Shown here one piece after another: positions 57,114-64,000 of a stretch of 64,000 nucleotides of DNA. The stretch covers positions 32,001 through 96,000 of the IMG/VR virus record IMGVR_UViG_3300020472_000012, one strand, 5' to 3'. The position numbers and the translations under genes were made by a program. The notes under the pieces are model-generated. The model was not told where the DNA came from. It saw only the letters and a list, made by a program, of their open reading frames with translations, and searched no databases. Source of the DNA: a virus. Each line of letters begins with the position of its first letter. Within the stretch, counting starts at the first letter, position 1.

Positions 57114-59270
57114 ATGCAAACATTTCAAAATTTTCAAGAAGACCTCAATAGTCTAGGACACAACAAACCACTTCCGCCTAAAAAACAAAAAAGGTTGGAG
57201 AGTGATAAGGGTGCATTTAAAGACTTTGAAATAGAAGAGTGGAAATCAAGACCATTCCCTAAAAACGATAGTGAAGAAGCAAGAAAAGAACTCTTGATTC
57301 TGCAATCTATGGTTGCAGATAGAGACATGGAAGTTGCACAAGAGTTCATGTTAGAGGTAGATAAGAAGATAAAGTTACCATTTAAAAGGTATTTTAAGAA
57401 GAACGACCTAGACCTAAGACTCATCGACCAAGCTAAAAAACTCGTAGATAACTCTTCTCCAATCATTTTAGAACTAAAACTACACTATAATAGAGTTAGA
57501 CCATACAAACTTGCATCTAGAATGAACTTTGAAAGACAACTTGCATTCACAATTGTTCCTTTAAAAACTGCAAACTCTCCATCATATCCATCTGGTCATG
57601 CAACACAAGGTAGACTCATGGCAAGATATCTTGCAGATAATGTTCCTATGAGACATCGGATGGAAATTATGAAGATAGGAGATTATGTTGGGCAGTCTAG
57701 AATGTTAGGTGGTGTTCACTATCCATCAGATACAGAATTTGGTCAAGAATTAGGGGATGCACTTTTTAAACATTTAACCCTTGACAAAGAAGTCTCAGAA
57801 AGTATAATATCAATTAATGATATTATATTGGAGGCAAAAATGAAAAAAGACGATTTATTTAAAAGAAAGAACAAATCTATTTTTATTGATAAAGCAGAAC
57901 GAGGTGATTTACTGGATACAGATGGTAACAAATTATCAGTAAAGGATAAGACCCAATGGTCAGAACTAAAAAAAGAATTACTGTCTGCATCGGATAAAGG
58001 TGAACTTCCCAACTGGACACCAAAAAATGTTAAGAGTACATTTGGTGTTTCTTTAGGTGGAATAGAAAAAACTGGTAATGGTATGGGAAGAGGTTCTTCT
58101 GGAAATCCAACTGGTGAAGACTGGGAAGCTGGTATTGCAGTTGCTCTATACTACAACGACAATGATGGGGAACTACCAGTTGACTCACCAGAGTGGGAAA
58201 GGTTTGGAAAGTATTGGAGTGATTGGTCAGAACAAGCAATCAAGACTGCACAACAATTTTCATCTAAATTAAAAGTAAACGAACTTGAACAAACTGGTGC
58301 AATGAAAGTTAAAGGATTAAGTAAAGAGTGGAAAGGTACTAACACAACACCTAAAACAGATTTAATGAGTGGTGCTAAAAGAATCTCATTAAAGAAATCT
58401 GGTGGTTCACAATTATTATCTGCTGGTAAAGACGAAGCAATTTCTACAGTAGAAGCTGCAATGAGAAGGTATTCTACATCAAAAGTTGGACAAACAAAGA
58501 TTGATACATTGTTAGATAATTTAGAAGAAAAGATGATAAAACTATCTACCAGTGATACCATTAGTTCAATTACAGATTTGAAAGACAAGTCAACATTAAC
58601 ACCACAAGACAAGAAGAAGATTGCAGAATATGAATTGGGTGATAAGTTTGCAAAAGAATTAACTAGTGAAATGGAAACTTTATTTAATAGTGAACAGAAA
58701 ATGAAGGATTATTTTTGTTGGGAAGCTGCAACTGGAGAAAGTAAGTTCGGTAAGGATACATGGCCGACTGCAAATGAAATGGTAACCTTTAAAGAGGCTG
58801 GTGGTATTGCAGACCATCTTCCATTGTATGATGCAGATAAAGCAGGTGCTAAACTTGCAAAAGGAAATGATTTCTATGTATCATTTAAGAGTTCATCTGG
58901 TTCACCACCATATCTTTCATTAAGAAGTAAGAAAGTAAGATTAAAGAATAGTTATGAACCAACCTTTGCAGATATCATTCAAGAAGAGTGTGGAAAAGAT
59001 AGAATTGGAATGAAAGTATTGCATGAGAGTAAAGTAGAAGACCTTAATGAGTTCCAGATATTAAACAAATTATGGAACAAAACTAAAGCAGTTGCAAAAT
59101 CTGTTGCAGATGGTGCTAAGAAGGTATTGGCTGCAATTCACAAAAGATTAAACGCTGCATTTAATTGGATTAAGAAACAAGGTAGAAGATTACTAGATGC
59201 AGTTCTAAGTTTCTTCGGATTAGATATTAAAACTGTTAAGGTTAAGAGTGGTGGAAAATATCCATTATGA
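57114..59270 (+). CDS. Multidomain protein: PAP2 phosphatase + PD-(D/E)xK-like domain + amphipathic tail
   Basis: KLHYNRVRP, YPSGH, SRMLGGVHYPSD; E...TPKTD...ISLKK. Confidence 0.8.
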   Translation: MQTFQNFQEDLNSLGHNKPLPPKKQKRLESDKGAFKDFEIEEWKSRPFPKNDSEEARKELLILQSMVADRDMEVAQEFMLEVDKKIKLPFKRYFKKNDLDLRLIDQAKKLVDNSSPIILELKLHYNRVRPYKLASRMNFERQLAFTIVPLKTANSPSYPSGHATQGRLMARYLADNVPMRHRMEIMKIGDYVGQSRMLGGVHYPSDTEFGQELGDALFKHLTLDKEVSESIISINDIILEAKMKKDDLFKRKNKSIFIDKAERGDLLDTDGNKLSVKDKTQWSELKKELLSASDKGELPNWTPKNVKSTFGVSLGGIEKTGNGMGRGSSGNPTGEDWEAGIAVALYYNDNDGELPVDSPEWERFGKYWSDWSEQAIKTAQQFSSKLKVNELEQTGAMKVKGLSKEWKGTNTTPKTDLMSGAKRISLKKSGGSQLLSAGKDEAISTVEAAMRRYSTSKVGQTKIDTLLDNLEEKMIKLSTSDTISSITDLKDKSTLTPQDKKKIAEYELGDKFAKELTSEMETLFNSEQKMKDYFCWEAATGESKFGKDTWPTANEMVTFKEAGGIADHLPLYDADKAGAKLAKGNDFYVSFKSSSGSPPYLSLRSKKVRLKNSYEPTFADIIQEECGKDRIGMKVLHESKVEDLNEFQILNKLWNKTKAVAKSVADGAKKVLAAIHKRLNAAFNWIKKQGRRLLDAVLSFFGLDIKTVKVKSGGKYPL

Positions 59271-59707
59271 AGAACTTTAAATCGTACATAACAGAAGCTG
59301 CAAAGAGTCCAAACTGGTACAAAAGTTTACACAGGGCTCAGAAAGGTATTTTCTATAGAGGTGAAAACCCAAAGACTAGAACTTCTGGTGCTGGATTAGG
59401 TGCATTAGGAACTGGAATCTATCTTACTTGGGAAGAAGGTATGGCAGGTGCATATGCAAAACTTTCTAACAAGGGTGTAGTTGTAAAGTTTAAAGTACCA
59501 GCTAATCTAAAGATTGCAGATGCACAAGGTAAAGACATGGAAACTGCAAAGAAGAAAATGGGTATAGATGGATATTCTGCTGACCCTATGTATGCAAAAG
59601 CATTGACTTTTGAATTAAAGAATTTAGGATATGATGGTGTAGTCAGTGATAAATCAGTTGAAGGGTTAGTAATTTTTGACCCAAAAAAAGTAAAGAAGGT
59701 GAAATAA
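59267..59707 (+). CDS. ADP-ribosyltransferase-fold protein
   Basis: FYRGE, GTGIYLT, AGAYA, GYDGV; N-terminus MKNFKSYITE. Confidence 0.7.
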   Translation: MKNFKSYITEAAKSPNWYKSLHRAQKGIFYRGENPKTRTSGAGLGALGTGIYLTWEEGMAGAYAKLSNKGVVVKFKVPANLKIADAQGKDMETAKKKMGIDGYSADPMYAKALTFELKNLGYDGVVSDKSVEGLVIFDPKKVKKVK

Positions 59708-60442
59708 ATGCCAGCAATAAAAAGAAAAGGGTTTTTGAGATTTATAACAGAAGGTAAAGGTGGTGCAGCTGCTGGTAAGTTAGAACTCATAAAAACAAGT
59801 TTTGTAAAAGCAAAACAGTATGTAGAAAAGAAATATCCAGATTTTGATATAGAAAAGGAAATACCTAACTTCCAAAAGAACTATGAGTATGCACAGAAAC
59901 TTGCAAGGGGTGGTTTTGCACAAAGAAAAGATATGCCTGTAATAGATAACAGAGACATTAAACTACTTCAAAAAAGATTAAAGAAAGGTGCAATTGACAT
60001 TGCAAGACCTTTTGCAGATAACGAAGTTCCAGATGACCCATTCCCTCAAGGACTAGATAAGACAACAGGAAAGAAATGGGCAACTCATGGTCTTTCAAAA
60101 TATGATGGTGATGCAAAAGATGATATTGTTGATGTTAAAATTAAAAGTGTTGCAGTTGGTAATTTAAAACCTATTCAAAGTCAAATCTATTTTGATAAGT
60201 CAATTAAAAATGTTGCATCATTTGGGGCTCAAGGAACTAAAGATTTTTCTGCATCAAAGAGTAATTTTTATGTTATATCATCGGATAACAGAATTATAGA
60301 TGGTCATCACAGATTCTTATCTGCTGTATTAGTTGACCCTAAGATGAAAGTAACTGCACTTGAGATAGATTTACCAATTAAAGATTTATTACCATTGACA
60401 CTTTCGTACACTGATGCAATAGGAAATACTAGGAATAAGTAA
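59708..60442 (+). CDS. ParB/Srx-like domain protein
   Basis: RKDMPVI, LKPIQSQIY, IIDGHHR. Confidence 0.75.
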   Translation: MPAIKRKGFLRFITEGKGGAAAGKLELIKTSFVKAKQYVEKKYPDFDIEKEIPNFQKNYEYAQKLARGGFAQRKDMPVIDNRDIKLLQKRLKKGAIDIARPFADNEVPDDPFPQGLDKTTGKKWATHGLSKYDGDAKDDIVDVKIKSVAVGNLKPIQSQIYFDKSIKNVASFGAQGTKDFSASKSNFYVISSDNRIIDGHHRFLSAVLVDPKMKVTALEIDLPIKDLLPLTLSYTDAIGNTRNK

Positions 60443-60786
60443 TGGCTAAATTAACTTTCAAAGAACATATAGATTACGAAAACGATTGTGAATGTTTTGA
60501 CCATACTATTACAGAGTCAGAATATCAAGGCAAAAAGGTTAAACTAAATGACCCTATCAGAACATCAGAGAACCCTAATAAGAAGTTCAAAGTATATGTT
60601 AAAAATGAGTCTGGTAAAGTTGTTGTAGTTAGATTTGGAGACCCAAAGATGTCAATCAAAAGAGATAGTGATGAAAGAAGAAAATCTTTCAGAGCAAGAC
60701 ACGATTGTGCAAATCCAGGCCCTAAATGGAAAGCAAGATACTGGTCATGCTACCAGTGGAGAGCAAGTGCAAAGGTAGATAACTAA
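60442..60786 (+). CDS. Conserved basic phage protein
   Basis: KKFKVYV, VRFGDP, RKSFRARHDC, RYWSC. Confidence 0.75.
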   Translation: MAKLTFKEHIDYENDCECFDHTITESEYQGKKVKLNDPIRTSENPNKKFKVYVKNESGKVVVVRFGDPKMSIKRDSDERRKSFRARHDCANPGPKWKARYWSCYQWRASAKVDN

Positions 60787-62000
60787 TGGCTGCAAAGAAT
60801 TTACATCTGGAACATATCGAAGACGAGATATTTAACACTGGAGTTGAAGGTGGTAGAGGTTCAATAAACTTTATACTATCTCTTAGCAAAATGTTATCAT
60901 CTGGCACGAAGAGTGCAACCAATGTCACAGTAAAATGGGATGGAGCACCAGCAATCTTTTGTGGTGAACATCCAGAGACAGGTGAATTTGTAGTTGCAAA
61001 GAAAAGTATATTTGCAAAGAAACAAGAATACTACACAACACATGCAGAGATAGATGATAAACTTTCTGGAGACCTTGCAACTAAATTTCATGTATGTTTA
61101 GATTACTTACCAAACCTTAATATTAAAGGTAAGATACTACAAGGTGATTTGATGTACACTAAAGATGATTTAAAGAAACAGAAGATAAACAAAGAAGATT
61201 ACTGGACATTCCAACCAAATACAATTCTATATGCAGTACCTTCTGCATCTACACTTGCAAGAACGATGAAGAAAGCAAAATTAGGAATAGTGTTTCATAC
61301 CACATACACAGGTGGCACTTTAGATGATATGAGTGCATCCTTTGGTGCAGACTTATCTGGATTAACTAAAACAAAAGATATATGGATGGATGATGCAGAA
61401 TACAACGATGTATCTGGAACTGCAACATTTACTCAGAAAGATAGTGCAGAGATAATCAGATTGATGTCCAGAACAGGTAAAGTTTTTTCTAAAATTAAAT
61501 CTACACAGCTCAACAAATTCTTGGAATATCAGCGAGCAATGGAACAAGGGGCTACATATAAGACATATCATAACAGTAAAGTGAGAGAAGGTAGTAACTT
61601 GTTAAAGTTAAACTACAAGAAACATGCAGAAGGTTACTATAAGTTTGCAGAAACGAAACTACAAGTTGCAGTCGATAAAATGAAGTCTGAGAAAGGTAAA
61701 AAAATTAAACAAAAAAATATGAATACATACTTAACGAGTATTAGAAAAGATAAAGTTATGTTACAAAATCTTGTAGAGTTCCAAGCATTAATTAACTATG
61801 CAAAAACTAAGATACTTTATAAAGTAAATAAAGCAAAACAACTTACATCTACATTTGTTAAAACAGACAATGGATTTGATGTTGTTGCACCAGAAGGATT
61901 TGTTGCAATTGATAACAACTTAGGTGGTGCAGTGAAACTGGTCGATAGAATGGAATTCAGTTTCAATAATTTCACTGCTGCAAAAGCATGGGATAAATAA
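60786..62000 (+). CDS. Conserved T4-like protein with ligase-like KxDG motif (DUF6267-like)
   Basis: HLEHIED, TVKWDG, QGDLMY, PEGFV, VKLVDR. Confidence 0.7.
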   Translation: MAAKNLHLEHIEDEIFNTGVEGGRGSINFILSLSKMLSSGTKSATNVTVKWDGAPAIFCGEHPETGEFVVAKKSIFAKKQEYYTTHAEIDDKLSGDLATKFHVCLDYLPNLNIKGKILQGDLMYTKDDLKKQKINKEDYWTFQPNTILYAVPSASTLARTMKKAKLGIVFHTTYTGGTLDDMSASFGADLSGLTKTKDIWMDDAEYNDVSGTATFTQKDSAEIIRLMSRTGKVFSKIKSTQLNKFLEYQRAMEQGATYKTYHNSKVREGSNLLKLNYKKHAEGYYKFAETKLQVAVDKMKSEKGKKIKQKNMNTYLTSIRKDKVMLQNLVEFQALINYAKTKILYKVNKAKQLTSTFVKTDNGFDVVAPEGFVAIDNNLGGAVKLVDRMEFSFNNFTAAKAWDK

Positions 62001-62016
62001 ATTATGAGGATATATT

Positions 62017-63174
62017 ATGAACAATGGGGATTCTTCCTTATCTGAATATAGTAAATTTAGAACTATTACTGGTGAAAAAAGATTCACAGACATAGAAAAC
62101 ATTCAATGGTCTGGTAGAACTGTATGGGAATACCAACATCCAACATTCGTTTCTCATTCGAGAAAAGCATTTTTAATTGCACCTAGAAAGACTGGTCATT
62201 CAACACTAAGATTTGCACTTGCAGAAGCAAATGAAAAATATGGTGATGATTGGGTCTGGTTAGAAGGTGGAAATAGACATCCAAAAAACTGGTTAAACGA
62301 TGACGACTTCTGGGAGTTTGCATGGGAAACTCATTATACAGACCCAGAAGAAGATAAACTTGCAAGTAATGTTACACTAATGCCAGATGATGAGCATGAA
62401 CTTAGGATTGTAGATAAACATTTTGCTTATAAAAAAGATACACTATACTCATATTCAGATAAAGCTGGTGATGATTTTTTAGGTAATGCAGTAGGAGTTT
62501 GGAAAAAGAAATATCCTATGGAAAAACATTTAACTAGTTGGTCTCCTTTTATAATGTCAGAATACTTTAAAGATTGGAAAGTTTATGTAATAATTAGAGA
62601 GCCTTGGGATAGATTTATATCTGGACTTATAACAGAATTAGATAATGGATTATATACGCCATGGTTTACTGATTATCAACACACATCAAAAGAATTGTGG
62701 GAAGAATCTTATATAAGAATGAAAAGATTATTGTTATGGAATGATGCAGAAAACATTCTATATGGAACTCGAAATGGCCCCCAAACAGACCATACACTTA
62801 TATTAAGTGCTTGGAAATGGGATGGATGGAGTATGTTTGATAGAGCAGACCATTTTATACCATGTATTCCACAAATAGATTGGGAAATGAGGGATGGTGA
62901 TTGGTCATTTGTTATGGACAAAATAAGAGATACAGGTTCTACATTTATCAATAAACTAAAAGAATGTGATATAATTCCAGAGGAAATTGAAGATGGTAGA
63001 GATGCTGTACCAGCAGATTGGCAATTTACTAATTTATCTCCACCAAATAGAAGACACATTCTAACAGAGGCAACTACAAACGATGAAGACTTAAAACCTT
63101 TCTTTGATAGATGTAAAGAAATAGTCAAAGAAGACCAAGATATCATAAAAAAACAGGAAGTTAAGTTTTTATAA
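62017..63174 (+). CDS. Sulfotransferase-family protein
   Basis: PRKTGHSTLR (5'-PSB), IREPWDRFISG (3'-PB). Confidence 0.7.
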   Translation: MNNGDSSLSEYSKFRTITGEKRFTDIENIQWSGRTVWEYQHPTFVSHSRKAFLIAPRKTGHSTLRFALAEANEKYGDDWVWLEGGNRHPKNWLNDDDFWEFAWETHYTDPEEDKLASNVTLMPDDEHELRIVDKHFAYKKDTLYSYSDKAGDDFLGNAVGVWKKKYPMEKHLTSWSPFIMSEYFKDWKVYVIIREPWDRFISGLITELDNGLYTPWFTDYQHTSKELWEESYIRMKRLLLWNDAENILYGTRNGPQTDHTLILSAWKWDGWSMFDRADHFIPCIPQIDWEMRDGDWSFVMDKIRDTGSTFINKLKECDIIPEEIEDGRDAVPADWQFTNLSPPNRRHILTEATTNDEDLKPFFDRCKEIVKEDQDIIKKQEVKFL

Positions 63175-63176
63175 AT

Positions 63177-63184
63177 CATAAATA
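63177..63184 (+). promoter_or_regulatory. Late promoter variant CATAAATA
   Basis: 6 nt before ATG 63191. Confidence 0.55.
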
Positions 63185-63190
63185 CTGGAT

Positions 63191-63847
63191 ATGAAGACCT
63201 TTAAAGATATTGCAGAAATAAATTCCCAAACAGCAGTCTTTGCATTTGGTAGGTTTAATCCACCAACAGTTGGACATCTTAAACTTGCAACTAGAGTTCA
63301 AAAGATTTCTGGTTCGGATGATGCATTTATTTTTACAGGTTTTACACAAGACCCTAAGAAAAATCCATTACCTTATAAAGATAAGATAAAATTTATGAGA
63401 CTAATGTTTAAACCAACTAAAGTTACAGTAAAGGATACTAATGCAAGAACAGTATTTGATGTAGTAGTTGATTTATATAATGATGGATATAGAAGTATTA
63501 AAATGGTTGCTGGGTCTGATAGAATTAGGGAGTTTGAAAACCTTTTAACAAAGTACAACAAAGTGAAAGGTAGACATGGATTCTACAACTTTAAATCTAT
63601 TGAGATTGTATCTGCTGGGGAGAGAGACCCAGATGCAGAAGGAATTGAAGGTATGAGTGCATCTAAGATGAGAGCACTTGCAGCTAATGGTGATGAAAAG
63701 ACTTTTGTTAAATCATTACCAAAAGGATTCAGACAGGGTAAACAACTATACAAGGCAGTAAGAAAAGGTATGGGTCTTAAAGAACATTGGGACTTTTTAC
63801 CATCTTATATGAGAGAAGATGTTGGAAGAGAAATACGAATTACTTAG
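63191..63847 (+). CDS. Cytidylyltransferase-like (HIGH-family) nucleotidyltransferase
   Basis: FGRFNPPTVGH, KNPL, GSDR, MSASKMR; N-terminus MKTFKDIAE. Confidence 0.9.
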   Translation: MKTFKDIAEINSQTAVFAFGRFNPPTVGHLKLATRVQKISGSDDAFIFTGFTQDPKKNPLPYKDKIKFMRLMFKPTKVTVKDTNARTVFDVVVDLYNDGYRSIKMVAGSDRIREFENLLTKYNKVKGRHGFYNFKSIEIVSAGERDPDAEGIEGMSASKMRALAANGDEKTFVKSLPKGFRQGKQLYKAVRKGMGLKEHWDFLPSYMREDVGREIRIT

Positions 63848-64000
63848 TGAAGGTATCAACGATGTTGGTATCTTTAAAGCAGTCTTCATGGCAGGTGGGC
63901 CAGGAAGTGGTAAGTCTTATGTTGCAAATAAGTTAGGACTTAAAGCACTTGGACTGAGACCAGTTAACTCAGATGATTTCTTCGAGGCTGGATTAAAGAA
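63819..64000 (+). CDS. P-loop kinase, N-terminal fragment (runs off window)
   Basis: MLEEKYELLSEGINDVGIFKAVFMAGGPGSGKS...VNSD. Confidence 0.8.
   Translation, partial: MLEEKYELLSEGINDVGIFKAVFMAGGPGSGKSYVANKLGLKALGLRPVNSDDFFEAGLK

Noticed and set aside
423-63561. Many minus-strand and nested ORFs in the track
   Set aside because: They shadow well-supported + strand genes and lack motifs or RBS
63819-63847. Possible frameshift fusing nucleotidyltransferase and kinase
   Set aside because: Kinase has its own ATG at 63819 and no slippery site is evident
1-64000. Introns, inteins, stop-codon recoding, CRISPR arrays, cyanophage identity
   Set aside because: Core genes are intact and of normal length in code 11; no repeat-spacer array; no photosynthesis genes in this window

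Overview
64 kb of an AT-rich, T4-like (myovirus) dsDNA phage genome, probably marine, with almost all genes on the + strand. It runs from the tail sheath/head cluster (gp18-gp23, gp3) through recombination, transcription and replication genes: uvsY, uvsW, gp55, gp47/46, cobT/cobS-like, gp45/44/62, regA, gp43, uvsX, gp41. Gene order and accessory genes (ACP, peptide deformylase, IscA/IscU, Hsp20, peroxiredoxin, csgF/csgG, many 2OG-Fe(II) oxygenases, no photosynthesis genes) resemble pelagimyophage-like phages of heterotrophic proteobacteria. Two tRNAs are present (Asp-GTC, Ala-TGC). Most notable: (1) A C5-methyltransferase + TET/JBP dioxygenase + glycosyltransferase module sits between the clamp-loader genes. 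The TET and glycosyltransferase end in sliding-clamp-binding-like motifs. (2) A matching genome-wide signature: CCNGG, CCGG and GGNCC sites were seen only where they overlap a GpC, and GATC is nearly absent. (3) A late-promoter CsgF/CsgG/curlin/FecR/CHASE2-adenylate-cyclase envelope signalling operon. (4) A cluster of enzymes carrying capsid-targeting-like N-termini. (5) Two sigma70-type promoter classes that make leaderless mRNAs, a ROSE-like thermometer before hsp20, a Pho-box-like repeat, and candidate ncRNAs/origin. All calls are by eye from motifs and synteny; no searches were run.
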